A stretch of DNA of 58,325 bases, from positions 1-58,325 of the IMG/VR virus record IMGVR_UViG_3300021289_000002. The stretch is one strand, 5' to 3'. Below the pieces are notes generated by a model. That model ran no database searches. It was not told the origin of the DNA and saw nothing but the letters and a program-made list of their open reading frames with translations. Positions 19,574-29,840 of this stretch are shown in pieces. The stretch's first letter is position 1, and every line of letters begins with the position of its first letter. Made by a program: the position numbers and the translations under genes. The stretch comes from a virus. Its lineage: Duplodnaviria; Caudoviricetes.

Positions 19574-20623
19574 TTACGAAGCTGCGCGGACGGAAACCAA
19601 CAAGGCTTGCTGAGTGATGCCGCCGGCTACGGCATTGGTACCGTTCTGGCCCGTGCATTGGAGCGTCACTGCGCCGCTGAGGACTTCGGCCGCTGTTATG
19701 CGGGTTAGAAGCACGGTGGCTGCCGCGGCCCCATCAGTGGTGATGTATTCACACCAGCAAATTTGAGAGTTCACGCTGCCACGCACGATGCGGCCACGCA
19801 TCACAATAGATCCGCCGTTCAAAGCGGCATTCCCGAATTGGAGCACAGTGCTCGCGCCAAACTTGATTTTGATCGTTTTGGTAGCGACTACCGCAGTTAC
19901 CAGGACGTCAAACACGGCTTCAAACTCGATGGAATCGCCGGCATTGCGCAAGGCATTGGCGGGGATTACGAACGAAAGCAAATTGTCTTCGGTCGTATCG
20001 GGTCCAGTGGCAGCCGAGGCGATCGTGGTATTAAGGACTCGAGTAACCCCAACGAACGGCAGCACATTGGCAGGGGTAGCGTTGAATGGATCGGCAACAC
20101 GAGCCTGGCCTTGTAACCCGATGGGAACGCGAATGACGCTTGGGACCGGTGAGGTCGATCCGTCATCCATCATCGAATCGCCCTTGGTCGTCGTTGGGAA
20201 CGTCGAGCCGGCAGTGCCGTTAGCGCCAGTAGGGCCACGCTGGCCGGATGCGGTGATCTGACCACCAGCAGCGATGCTGGCCGGGTTTACTGCATCGCCT
20301 GGATAAGCCAGCGCGCGCAAGGTAGCTGTGGTTGCTGAATTGATGGTGATCACCGTGAAGTTGGCTGGCCCGGTCGCAGGCCCACCAAAATGTTGGCCGG
20401 CGATTACCGTCTGCCCGACGGTGAGCCAAAGTGTATTGTCCAAGTTAACCAGCACGTCATTGCCCACGGCGGGGATGACAAATAAGCTGGTAACGATGCT
20501 ATAAGCGGGCGCTCCGTCTGAGCCATCAGCGCCGGCGGGGCCTTGTGGACCCTGGGCGCCAGGAACGTTGACGGGTGGAACTGTCGCGCATCCGGGGGTG
20601 CAGCAATCTTGAATACTTGGCAT
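19574..20623 (-). CDS. Tail fibre-like protein with short collagen (Gly-X-Y) segments
   Basis: GAQGPQGPAGADGSDG and GQRGPTGANGTAG; TTKGD fibre motif; beta-rich C-terminus. Confidence 0.7.
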   Translation of the reverse strand: MPSIQDCCTPGCATVPPVNVPGAQGPQGPAGADGSDGAPAYSIVTSLFVIPAVGNDVLVNLDNTLWLTVGQTVIAGQHFGGPATGPANFTVITINSATTATLRALAYPGDAVNPASIAAGGQITASGQRGPTGANGTAGSTFPTTTKGDSMMDDGSTSPVPSVIRVPIGLQGQARVADPFNATPANVLPFVGVTRVLNTTIASAATGPDTTEDNLLSFVIPANALRNAGDSIEFEAVFDVLVTAVVATKTIKIKFGASTVLQFGNAALNGGSIVMRGRIVRGSVNSQICWCEYITTDGAAAATVLLTRITAAEVLSGAVTLQCTGQNGTNAVAGGITQQALLVSVRAAS

Positions 20624-20672
20624 GGCGTGACATTCCTACTGAAACCCTACAAAGTAAAGTCTTTCAAGAAAC

Positions 20673-22529
20673 ATGAGCTTCCTTAAGTACGGGCTTCGGT
20701 GGCAGGACGGAACCGACAATGCTGCCGTAGAACGGGGCATGATTCGCAGCGGTGGCAAGTGGATCGATGAGCAGGGCATCGAGCGCGGCGAGGGTTTGGA
20801 ATTCCATTTCAAGGCATATTGGGCGGCTCTTTGGGAGGATGACGCGCAAACCCGATGGACGGATCTGATTCTGAAAGAGGTCCTTGGGACCCAATACATT
20901 TCACTCGTGGCCGGCGCCAGCGCCTGGAAGTCAGGCACGATCGCCCGGATAGCGCTGATGGATTGGAGCTGCTTCCCGGAATGCACAACCGTCATGTTTT
21001 CATCGACGACCATGACCGATTTGCGCAACCGCATCTTTGGCGAGGTATCGAAGCTTTGGAAAACTGCTTCCGAGCGGTATGCCTGGTTCCCCGGTCACTA
21101 CATCGATTCAAAGTGCGTGATTACCTTTGAGGACGTGGCCGAGGACCTGTCCCGGGACATTCGCAATTCTATGGTGGGCGTGCCCTGCAAAAGCTCGACC
21201 GGCAAGTTCATGGGCCTGGGGTCCTTTGCCGGCAGAAAGAACCGGCGCGTTTGGTGTATCGGTGACGAAATGCAGTTTTGCGAGCGGTCCATCCTCGACG
21301 CGCAAAACAATCTGATCAGCAACGGCCCTAATCTCCTTCCAGGAATTATCCGGGACAAAGACTCGCCTGAATTTGGCAAGCCCATCCGCGGCTACAAAGC
21401 GATCTTCATCGGCAACACCAATCCAACGCGGCCTGACAATCCGTTGCACCTGGTTTCCGAGCCGGAAGGAGGCTGGGGCTCAATCAAGGAGGATGGCAAA
21501 ACCAAGGTCTGGGATTGCCGCAAGCTGCAGGATTACCCCATCAAATGCCGCTGCATAAACCTGGACTCGCTCGATTCGCCGAACGCGGATTACCCCATCG
21601 ATAAGCCCCGTTGGATTCACCTGGCCGGCCCTCACATGATGGCCAAATACACCGAAGGCTCAGAATCCTATTACTCACAGGGGCGCGGGATCTTCAAATT
21701 CGGTCTGGCCGCGTTCAAGATTATCACCAAAGAAATTTGCGACCAATTCCACGCATTTGACCCGCTGCTATGGAGTCAGCACGGCACAACCAAAATCGGC
21801 ATGCTGGATGCGGCCTACGGCTCAGTAGGCGGTGATCGGTGCGCGCTGGGCTGGCTCGAGTTTGGCGAGTGCGTTGATCTAAAGACCCGCATCCTGCTTC
21901 ATCCTTACTGGAATGTGCCAATCATCGCGCGTAACGACATGACGCCCGAGGAACAGATCGCGATGTACACCAAAGACAAGATGGAGGAAGCTGGAGTACC
22001 TCCCGAAAATTTCTTCTTTGATGGCCGCGGCAGCCTCGCGATGGCCATAGCGCGGGTATGGTCGGCACGGGTCAACTCGATTGAATTTGGTGGCCGGCCT
22101 ACTGAGCGGATCGTGGAAGGGGAGTTTGTCGATCTGCCGGATGGTACCCGCCGGCCAAAGAAAGCGGTCGAGCATTATTCGAAGTTTGTTTCTGAACTTT
22201 GGTGGTCATGGCGCTACGTCATCGAGGCCGATCAAATGCGCGGGCTCACCCTCGAGATTGTTTTGGACGCCTCCCCGCGCGAATGGCAAAAGGTAGGCGG
22301 CGGCAAGATTGAGATTGAAACCAAAGTGAAGATGAAAAAGCGCACGGGCGTTTCGCCGGACTGGGCGGATATGCTGGTTACGGGCATCGAGGGGGCGCGG
22401 CGCCGTGGATTTGTCATAGCCAAGCTGGCCAATCCCAAGACGGAGGAAGCGAACTGGGATTGGTGGCAACGCAAGGCCGCAGAGGCCCGCAGCGCGCGCC
22501 GGGGACACACGCTCAAGTTGACGACGTGA
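20673..22529 (+). CDS. terL: Terminase large subunit
   Basis: Walker A-like AGASAWKS, Walker B VWCIGDE, IFIGN coupling motif, LDAAYG..GGD and C-terminal SPDWAD nuclease motifs. Confidence 0.85.
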   Translation: MSFLKYGLRWQDGTDNAAVERGMIRSGGKWIDEQGIERGEGLEFHFKAYWAALWEDDAQTRWTDLILKEVLGTQYISLVAGASAWKSGTIARIALMDWSCFPECTTVMFSSTTMTDLRNRIFGEVSKLWKTASERYAWFPGHYIDSKCVITFEDVAEDLSRDIRNSMVGVPCKSSTGKFMGLGSFAGRKNRRVWCIGDEMQFCERSILDAQNNLISNGPNLLPGIIRDKDSPEFGKPIRGYKAIFIGNTNPTRPDNPLHLVSEPEGGWGSIKEDGKTKVWDCRKLQDYPIKCRCINLDSLDSPNADYPIDKPRWIHLAGPHMMAKYTEGSESYYSQGRGIFKFGLAAFKIITKEICDQFHAFDPLLWSQHGTTKIGMLDAAYGSVGGDRCALGWLEFGECVDLKTRILLHPYWNVPIIARNDMTPEEQIAMYTKDKMEEAGVPPENFFFDGRGSLAMAIARVWSARVNSIEFGGRPTERIVEGEFVDLPDGTRRPKKAVEHYSKFVSELWWSWRYVIEADQMRGLTLEIVLDASPREWQKVGGGKIEIETKVKMKKRTGVSPDWADMLVTGIEGARRRGFVIAKLANPKTEEANWDWWQRKAAEARSARRGHTLKLTT

Positions 22530-22554
22530 CAGCCACTCGGTTACAGATTAGCCA

Positions 22555-23319
22555 ATGAGCTTACGCCTCAAAAACGAGAGTACCAGCTTTCCGCCTGGGG
22601 GATTGATATTCCATCAGCGCGAGCTTGGCTGGAAAAACACCGTTAATGACCCAACTACGATGTGGAGTTGGGAGAATCTGATCGCATCGATTCAGCGGGT
22701 GCGCTCATTGAATCGATCGCTGTTCCCCGGCTTGTCCCTGGACCGGGAAACGATTCGGCGCGAGATCAGCGAACAGAACGCACGCCGGATTGCGGGCATG
22801 GCCGGCGCAGAAACCTACCTGCGGGAAGGCGGAGGACCCATGCCAAACCCTCAGTCGGCCTCGTCCGCGCTCTCCTTCCTGCCTGCTGTGGCCACTAAGC
22901 TGAAGGATCTCGCGAACGGGGCCGCAAATCTCTGGGAGTGGTGGGTTAAGGAAAACGGCATCCCGGTACCGCGCGAACGGGCCGAAGCTCGCGGCGCCGT
23001 ATGCGTTTCCTGCCCCAAAAACAACATGGAAGGCGAGTTTGCCTGGTTCACCGCGCCGGCAGCCGCTCTCATCAAAAAGAAAATGGAGGCACGCTCAGAA
23101 TTGAAACTGGAGACCAGCCATGACGACAAGCTCGGAGTATGCGAGGCGTGCCACTGCCAAAACGCCCTTGCCGTTCACGAACCGTTACCCTTGAAACTCA
23201 AGCACCTGAGCCCCGAGGCATTTGCCAAGCTTTGGGAAAAGTGCTGGGTGCATGCCGAGAAGACCCCTACCCTTAACAATGAAAATTCAACTTCCGGAAA
23301 CGACCCTCATCGCGATTGA
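22555..23319 (+). CDS. Hypothetical protein with C-terminal Cys cluster (R..xCxxCP..CxxCxC..CW)
   Basis: Zn-finger-like Cys spacing; follows terL. Confidence 0.65.
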   Translation: MSLRLKNESTSFPPGGLIFHQRELGWKNTVNDPTTMWSWENLIASIQRVRSLNRSLFPGLSLDRETIRREISEQNARRIAGMAGAETYLREGGGPMPNPQSASSALSFLPAVATKLKDLANGAANLWEWWVKENGIPVPRERAEARGAVCVSCPKNNMEGEFAWFTAPAAALIKKKMEARSELKLETSHDDKLGVCEACHCQNALAVHEPLPLKLKHLSPEAFAKLWEKCWVHAEKTPTLNNENSTSGNDPHRD

Positions 23320-24664
23320 TACGACGTCCAAAGCGCATCTTGCCCTGCGGGCAATCAAAAACAGTCTCGAGCAAGTGGACGTGGCAGCCGTCAAGCTGCT
23401 GACTCATAACTCGACCCTCAAGCACGCGGTCAGGATTGCGAAGCTCGAGGGCTTGGAAGCTTACTCACGCTTCTGCCTGCGGGACCTGGCGCGGCATGTG
23501 GACACCAAATATTGCCTGCTGGTCCAATCAGACGGCTACGTGCTAAACGGGCAAGCCTGGACTAACAAATTCCTCGAGTACGACTATGGCGGCGCGCCGT
23601 TCATCACCAATCCCAATCAAATGAATGGCGGTTTTTCGTGGCGGTCGAAGCGCCTGCTCGAAGCATGCACGAAGCTGCCGCCAGGAATGGATCACCCCGA
23701 GGATCACGCGATTAGCACGCTCTTCCGTTCCAACCTGGAGCAACAGGGTTTGCGATTCATGCCGCCGGATCTGGCGCGGCAATTTTCGTTCGAGGGGCGT
23801 GTCTATGACGGGCGGGAATGGAAGGGAACACCGAACCATTGGACTGGTCAATTTGGGTTCCATTCGTTGTTAAGCGTGCTGCCGAAAGAGAAAAAGGTTT
23901 GCGAGGTCTATTACAGCTCTGGCGAGGCGGGCGATCTGATCTACGGATTGTCCGTCGTGAAGCAATTGGGCGATGGGGTGATCTTCATGGGCGGTCCAAA
24001 TGCCTACCCTTACCCGGTTCACACTCGTTGGACGCGCTCAGGCGCCCCGTTCGAGATGGTTGATAATCTGCGGCCGCTGGTCGAAGCGCAGCCGTACGTT
24101 TGGAAGCTTCAATACACGCACGGCCTGCCTTTCTCGACGACGCGCGACCTAAATGCTTTTCGCAAGCCTTGGAAACAGCGCGGCCCTACGGATTTTATGT
24201 CCATCTTTGGGCTCTACCAGCGCGTGTTCGGCGGTCAGTGGCCCGAAGACAAGCCTTGGCTAACTGTTCCCGAGCCGCTGCCTATTCCTGAGCGCCCCAT
24301 TGTGGTTGCCCGTTCGGAGCGGTACCAAAATCCGCGCGTCAACTGGGCCGGCTTTTGCCAGCGGTACCACAAGCAAATTGTCTTTGTGGGCACGGAGCAC
24401 GAAGCCAACATTTTCCAGGGCTTTGCTGTGCCGCACAAAATTCATTGGCACCCAACCAAGAACGCCCTCGAGCTGGCGCGCGTCATTGCCGGCGGCAAAG
24501 TGCTGGTCTGCAACCAATCGTTGCCATTGGCGATCGCTCACGGGCTATGTCGCCCCGTTGTAGTCGAAGAGTGGCCGCAGAATGCCAACTGCCATTTGCT
24601 GCGTGAGCACGCGGTTTACTCGCAAGGCGGTGACCTGGAGATCCCGGAATCATGGATGCTCTAA
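23279..24664 (+). CDS. Two-domain glycosyltransferase-like protein (DUF5672-like N-terminus, GT9/heptosyltransferase-like C-terminus)
   Basis: LLVQSDG..N..AW...FLEYDYGGAP..NGGFSWRSK (DUF5672); GEAGDLIY and VLVCNQSLPLAIA (GT-B/GT9-like); ATG 23279 preferred. Confidence 0.75.
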   Translation: MKIQLPETTLIAIDTTSKAHLALRAIKNSLEQVDVAAVKLLTHNSTLKHAVRIAKLEGLEAYSRFCLRDLARHVDTKYCLLVQSDGYVLNGQAWTNKFLEYDYGGAPFITNPNQMNGGFSWRSKRLLEACTKLPPGMDHPEDHAISTLFRSNLEQQGLRFMPPDLARQFSFEGRVYDGREWKGTPNHWTGQFGFHSLLSVLPKEKKVCEVYYSSGEAGDLIYGLSVVKQLGDGVIFMGGPNAYPYPVHTRWTRSGAPFEMVDNLRPLVEAQPYVWKLQYTHGLPFSTTRDLNAFRKPWKQRGPTDFMSIFGLYQRVFGGQWPEDKPWLTVPEPLPIPERPIVVARSERYQNPRVNWAGFCQRYHKQIVFVGTEHEANIFQGFAVPHKIHWHPTKNALELARVIAGGKVLVCNQSLPLAIAHGLCRPVVVEEWPQNANCHLLREHAVYSQGGDLEIPESWML

Positions 24665-25377
24665 AGGTGGCAGTTATCTACATTTGCCCGGTGGCGAGCG
24701 AGGGGCCAGAGCACTTCCCGCTCGCCTGCCGGTTTGCGTCATCCTTCCACGCTCACCCGCCGGATTATGAGCACGATCTCTACATCGTTTCGAATGGTGG
24801 CGAGCCTGACACGATAACCGAAGTTCTGTTTGCCTCGATGAATCCAAAATTCATCGTGCGCAAGGTCAACAACGGCTGGGACGTGGGCGGGTTCCTCGAG
24901 GCGAGCCGGCAGATCAAAGCTGACATGCTTTTCTGCCTGGGTGGCCCGGCGCATTTCCGCCGGCGCGGCTGGCTAAAGCGAATTGTGGCGGCATGGGAAC
25001 AGCACGGGCCGGGAGTTTACGGCACGCTGGCCACGTTCGAAGTACGGCCGCACATCAATACGACCGGGTTTGCCTGCGTGCCCGAGCTGCTGCGCTACTA
25101 TCCGCACAAGGTTGTCACTCGCCAAGACCGCTACGACTTCGAGCATGGCCCGGATGCGCTCTATATCCGAGCGACGCAAATGGGCCTGCCGGTCAAGCTG
25201 GTAACCTGGGATGGGGTCTATGATTTGCCCGCCTGGCGTACCCCGCCGAACATCTACCGCCGCGGCGATCAGAGCAATTGCCTCACGTTCTGGACCCATA
25301 GCGATGCCTTCGAACGCGCCGATCCGACCACGCGCCAGCGAATGGCCATGCTTGCGGATAGGGTCATTACGACATAG
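24652..25377 (+). CDS. Putative glycosyltransferase (GT-A / RgpF-like)
   Basis: LYIVSNG, NNGWDVGGF (compare N.G.DIG motifs), PHINTTGF, FEHG. Confidence 0.55.
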   Translation: MDALKVAVIYICPVASEGPEHFPLACRFASSFHAHPPDYEHDLYIVSNGGEPDTITEVLFASMNPKFIVRKVNNGWDVGGFLEASRQIKADMLFCLGGPAHFRRRGWLKRIVAAWEQHGPGVYGTLATFEVRPHINTTGFACVPELLRYYPHKVVTRQDRYDFEHGPDALYIRATQMGLPVKLVTWDGVYDLPAWRTPPNIYRRGDQSNCLTFWTHSDAFERADPTTRQRMAMLADRVITT

Positions 25378-25390
25378 GGTTGCGCTCAAG

Positions 25391-27715
25391 ATGAACTTCA
25401 CTAAGGCCGGCTCGGTCGAAGCTGACGTATATGCCATGCTCCTGGCAGACCAACCGCGGGCTCAAAACCGAGCACTCGTAAATGCCCTGTTTAATGGTGA
25501 GGGACCATACAGCGAAGAGGAAATAGAGCAAAATCACGCCTCCACAAACGTTAACGACCTCTCGGCAACGGTCATTAATCAGAACGCCAGGGCTCAATTC
25601 GACAACGCCTTTTTGCTTCCGGACCCGCTGTTCACGGTCGAAGTTGACTACGGCCCACGCCATAAACGGATCGAGCTAGGGACCAAAATTACACAGAAGA
25701 TCAACCGCATCATTAAGAACTCGGCCGATTTTGCGGAACTCCAAAGCTCAGTGTTTGCGAACACGGTTTTGCACGGTCCAGGTCCTTCAATGTGGGAAGA
25801 CGAATACGCTTGGTTGCAAGAGCCGCTAGGCGTCGAGGACGTGCTCATTCCGGGCAACACCCTCCGGAGCATGCGAAACCTCGAGAAATTTGCGATCTAT
25901 CGCCAATACACTGGGGCGAAGCTTTGGCGGATGACTCACGGCCCGCGCGTTGACAAGGCTTGGAACATGCCGCTAGTCGATAAAGTTCTGGCGTGGGTCG
26001 ATGAAGAGGCAAAAAGGGGAATGGGCCAAACCTGGCCTGACGTCTGGTTTCCCGAGAAGATCCAGGAACGGTTCAAGAGTGATAGCGGCATCTATGCCGG
26101 CGACATATCCCCAACGGTCAATTGCTGGGACTTCTACTTTTGGAGTGACGAAGACAATGTTTCAGGCTGGCGCCGACGAATCATTTTGGATGCCTGGGGC
26201 CAACCGGGCGTAGGCGGAGCGCCGCTATCGGCTGAAAGAAAGGGGATTGGCGAAAAAGTCGGCAAAGACCAATTCCTATACGATCCAAAAGAGCGTTGTT
26301 ATGCCTCGAAGCTTAGCGAGATAGTTCACTTTCAATGCGGCGACGCCAGCGCGGTAGCTCCGTTCCGGTACCACTCGCAGCGGTCGCTCGGCTGGCTGCT
26401 CTATGCCGTTTGCCATTTGCAGAATCGGCTCTACTGCAAATTCACCGATTCAGTTTTTGAAAGCCTGCTCCAGTACTTCCGGGTAGCGAACCCAATGGAT
26501 ATGGAGCGGCTGACCAAAATCGATTTGATCGACAAAGGACTTTTGCCGGAAGGGCTACAATTCGTTCGCCCGGAGGAACGCTGGAAAGTGGATCAACCTT
26601 TGGTGACCGAAGCTTTCTCGATGAGCCGGCAGCGGATGAATGACATGAGTACGTCTTTCACCCAAGACCTGGACCTTGAAAGTCAAAGCGAGGAAACGGC
26701 CACGCGGACCATGGCCAAAGTGAACTCTGCCGCGGCCTTGACTGGGGCAATCCTCAATCGTGCTTACATGCGCGAAAAGTTTCGTTACGTCGAGATCTGC
26801 CGACGCTTCTGTCGCAAAGACAGCAAAAATCCCGACGTGAATAAATTTCGCGTTGAGGTGTTGGAAGAGGGCGTACCGGAAGAGGCGCTTAACGCTGATT
26901 GCTGGAATATTCAACCGACCAAGGTAATTGGCGGCGGCAACAAGGTCCTTGGGGTTGCGATGGCCGATAAGTTGATGGCCATTCGTCCCCAGCTAGGACC
27001 GGAGGCGCAGCACACCGTTGATCGGATCTACATTTCGACCAATACCAACAATTGGGACCTGGCCCAGCAACTGGTACCGCAAGAGCCGCATATCAGCGAT
27101 TCGATCCACGATGCAGAATTGGCCTTTGGCGCGCTCATGCAGGGCATTCAGATCACGCCTAAGCCGGGGCTCAATGCGGTAGAAGTGGTCGAGACCATTC
27201 TGCGGCTGATGGGCGCCAAGGTACAAGGCATCATGCAAACCGATGGCGTAGGAACTCCGCAAGACGTTCAGGGCCTTAAGCTGGCCGCCAGCTACGCGCA
27301 GGCGTTTATCAACATGCTGGCTCAGGACAAAAACGAAAAGAGCCGGGTCAAAAACTTTGGAGATGTGCTAGGCAATATCGGCAACGACGTCAAAGCGATG
27401 GCCCAGCGCCAGCAGGAGGCCGCGCAACAGGCGGCAGCCAATAACGGCAACGGAGTTGACCCGGACACGCAGGCGAAGATCGATGCTTTGCTACTCACCG
27501 CCCGGACCAAATCGCAACTGGCCGCCCAATCGCATGCGCAAAAGACGGCGCAGAAGCAAATCGCTTTCGAGCAGAAAGTTAAGCAGGACGAAGAAAAGCA
27601 CGCGCTGCAAACCTCGCACGCGATGCGTGAACATGCTGCCGAATTGGCCAAGACCGAACTGGAAGCGGCCACCGCGCTTGCCCGCAAACCTGAACCAAAG
27701 CCCAAAAAGGAATGA
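25391..27715 (+). CDS. Portal protein
   Basis: 774 aa, TATR motif and Q/A-rich helical C-terminal barrel, upstream of scaffold/MCP; ATG 25391 avoids overlap with upstream gene. Confidence 0.7.
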   Translation: MNFTKAGSVEADVYAMLLADQPRAQNRALVNALFNGEGPYSEEEIEQNHASTNVNDLSATVINQNARAQFDNAFLLPDPLFTVEVDYGPRHKRIELGTKITQKINRIIKNSADFAELQSSVFANTVLHGPGPSMWEDEYAWLQEPLGVEDVLIPGNTLRSMRNLEKFAIYRQYTGAKLWRMTHGPRVDKAWNMPLVDKVLAWVDEEAKRGMGQTWPDVWFPEKIQERFKSDSGIYAGDISPTVNCWDFYFWSDEDNVSGWRRRIILDAWGQPGVGGAPLSAERKGIGEKVGKDQFLYDPKERCYASKLSEIVHFQCGDASAVAPFRYHSQRSLGWLLYAVCHLQNRLYCKFTDSVFESLLQYFRVANPMDMERLTKIDLIDKGLLPEGLQFVRPEERWKVDQPLVTEAFSMSRQRMNDMSTSFTQDLDLESQSEETATRTMAKVNSAAALTGAILNRAYMREKFRYVEICRRFCRKDSKNPDVNKFRVEVLEEGVPEEALNADCWNIQPTKVIGGGNKVLGVAMADKLMAIRPQLGPEAQHTVDRIYISTNTNNWDLAQQLVPQEPHISDSIHDAELAFGALMQGIQITPKPGLNAVEVVETILRLMGAKVQGIMQTDGVGTPQDVQGLKLAASYAQAFINMLAQDKNEKSRVKNFGDVLGNIGNDVKAMAQRQQEAAQQAAANNGNGVDPDTQAKIDALLLTARTKSQLAAQSHAQKTAQKQIAFEQKVKQDEEKHALQTSHAMREHAAELAKTELEAATALARKPEPKPKKE

Positions 27716-27972
27716 GACAACTCGCCATTTTTATCAACATCGCCGGCCCGATTGACATGCCACCTCAAAAGGGTATGGGCGGGTTAGTTCACCAAATCGA
27801 GATGGGCGTAGCGGAGAAAGGCAACATCGATCCGCAGGCGGTGAAGCTCATCGTTCCGACGTCTGATCCAGGCAAAGCGCTCGATGCCGCTTGCAAAGCG
27901 ATGAAGGGTTTCTTACAAAAGCACTATGACCAGGGCCGAGCGCAAAGCCCGCCAAGCAAGATCCCGGCGTAA
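27712..27972 (+). CDS. Hypothetical protein
   Basis: ATGA-coupled to portal. Confidence 0.6.
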   Translation: MRQLAIFINIAGPIDMPPQKGMGGLVHQIEMGVAEKGNIDPQAVKLIVPTSDPGKALDAACKAMKGFLQKHYDQGRAQSPPSKIPA

Positions 27973-27998
27973 ATTGGTAGCCTTTTGGCTGTGGGGCT

Positions 27999-28027
27999 TT
28001 GACGGGCAACGCCCGCGTTGGTATTCA
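27999..28027 (+). promoter_or_regulatory. Putative sigma70-type promoter (near-leaderless)
   Basis: TTGACG-17 bp-TATTCA ending 4 nt before ATG 28032. Confidence 0.35.
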
Positions 28028-28031
28028 CTTT

Positions 28032-28307
28032 ATGGCTATTGACCCGCGGAAACGCTTTCGAGAGTCCCCTTATGGCAAAACCTGGCACGATGCTGTAGCT
28101 GCTGACTGGTTCCAGGAAGGGCTACAAGCGGCAATTGCCTCAATGGCCCTCGCCGGTGTCGATGTGGGGGATGGCACCCAAGCGGCGGCTGCTTACTTTC
28201 GCATGGAAGGCGCCAAAAAGCTCATCACTACAATGATGAACCTATGCGAAATTCCACCTGAGCCCAAAGCGCCGGGGATGCCGGCTAACCTCAAACGGAC
28301 CAAATGA
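28032..28307 (+). CDS. Hypothetical head-module protein
   Basis: Small helical protein between portal and scaffold, a conserved podovirus position. Confidence 0.6.
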   Translation: MAIDPRKRFRESPYGKTWHDAVAADWFQEGLQAAIASMALAGVDVGDGTQAAAAYFRMEGAKKLITTMMNLCEIPPEPKAPGMPANLKRTK

Positions 28308-28504
28308 CGACGGAGGATCTAAAGCTGCTCCGGTCCCAACTTGGTTCCATGCTCGAGGGAGAATTGTCACCAAGCCGCGATTTGACGCTCGAAGAAATGG
28401 AGCGCGAGCGTAGGATTATTCGTGACTACATGCGCAACGTCGATACCTCGGTCTGCGCCATTGTCGGTAACTATCTGATCTTCAAACGACCACCAGGAAT
28501 CTAA
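28304..28504 (+). CDS. Hypothetical protein
   Basis: ATGA-coupled. Confidence 0.5.
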   Translation: MTTEDLKLLRSQLGSMLEGELSPSRDLTLEEMERERRIIRDYMRNVDTSVCAIVGNYLIFKRPPGI

Positions 28505-28508
28505 TTTT

Positions 28509-29840
28509 ATGCCCGATGTAATTGCCCCCCCTACACCTTCCGCACCCTCAACGCCGGCAGCGCCCGCCGCCCCGGCCGCTCCTTCCGCCCCAGTCATTCC
28601 GTCTGGAGCGCGCGAGCCCGCCGGCAGTGATGCCTTTGGCGATATCGATGCCCTGGGGACTGATGACGGCAAGCCCGAGCCCGCGCAGCGGCCCGAAGCT
28701 AAAGAGGGCAACAAAGATTTTGTCCGAGGCCCGGATGGCAAGTTTGCGCCGCGAACGCCCGTCCAGGAACCGGAAAAGCCCAAGGCCGAGCTAGACAAGC
28801 CCGAACTCCCGAAGCCTGAGCTCGAGAAGGCGACCACGCCACCGGCAGAAGTCCCATCCGAAAAGATGGCGCCGAAGCAACTGCGCGAAGCTTACGAAGC
28901 GCTCAAGGCCAAGCACAAAGCGCTCGAGACCGAGCATACGACGCTCAAGACCAAGGCCAGCACACCGGCAGAAGATCCAGAAAAGAAGACTCTGGCCGAA
29001 CGCCTGGCCGCGCGCGAGAAGCGCCTCCAGGAAGTAGAAGACGAATTGAGGTTTACCGATTACAGCAAATCGGAAGAGTACAAAGAGAAGTACGAAAAGC
29101 CATTTGTCGAAGCTTACATGAATGGCCGCGCAAGAATCGCCTCGATGAAGCTGGCCGCTAAAACCAACGAGGAAACGGGGGAAATCATTCCAGGCCGGGA
29201 AGCCACGGCGGCAGACTTTGACGCGCTGATGAAGATCTCTGATGACGACGTTGCCGCAGACTGGGCCGTTGAACATTTCGGCAGTAAAGCCTCCCTTGTG
29301 CTCATTCAGCGTGAGCGCGTCCAGGAGTTGAACCAGGCCCGAAACAAAGCGCTCGAGGAATTCCGCAAGATCGGCAGCGAACGGGAAAAGACTCGCGCCA
29401 CTGAGCTTGAAACCTTCCGCAAGCGGTTCGGTGAAATCGTCGATACCAACATCAAATCGGCAGCGGAGAAATATCCGCAGTGGTTTCAACCGGACCCGGC
29501 CGATGCCAAAGGCAACGAAATGCTGGAGAAAGGCCAACACCTGGTTGCCCGCGTGGTGGCTAATGGCGCTCCGGTCAAAGAGGGAGACAAGCCGATGACC
29601 CCGGAAGAGTATGCCTCGGCAGTGGCGGCCGTACGGCAAAAAGCCGGCGCTTTCGACCGGCTGGCGCAGCGGCATCAAGCGGCTACCGCACGCATCGCAG
29701 AGTTGGAAAAAGAGCTGCAACAATACAAAGCCTCGGTACCTGGACCGGGCGACGGCAAGGGCGCTGCAGGCGTCATTGACGAAGAAACAATCGACGGCGC
29801 CATGGCCAAGCTGGAACGGGATTATGCACGGGAAGGTTGA
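28509..29840 (+). CDS. Capsid scaffolding protein
   Basis: Pro/Ala/Glu-rich N-terminus with RGPDGKFA motif, long charged coiled coil, immediately upstream of MCP. Confidence 0.7.
   Translation: MPDVIAPPTPSAPSTPAAPAAPAAPSAPVIPSGAREPAGSDAFGDIDALGTDDGKPEPAQRPEAKEGNKDFVRGPDGKFAPRTPVQEPEKPKAELDKPELPKPELEKATTPPAEVPSEKMAPKQLREAYEALKAKHKALETEHTTLKTKASTPAEDPEKKTLAERLAAREKRLQEVEDELRFTDYSKSEEYKEKYEKPFVEAYMNGRARIASMKLAAKTNEETGEIIPGREATAADFDALMKISDDDVAADWAVEHFGSKASLVLIQRERVQELNQARNKALEEFRKIGSEREKTRATELETFRKRFGEIVDTNIKSAAEKYPQWFQPDPADAKGNEMLEKGQHLVARVVANGAPVKEGDKPMTPEEYASAVAAVRQKAGAFDRLAQRHQAATARIAELEKELQQYKASVPGPGDGKGAAGVIDEETIDGAMAKLERDYAREG

Noticed and set aside
25211-25390. Longer portal start given by the ORF track
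   Set aside because: Overlaps the upstream GT gene by 167 bp with unstructured sequence; ATG 25391 fits better.
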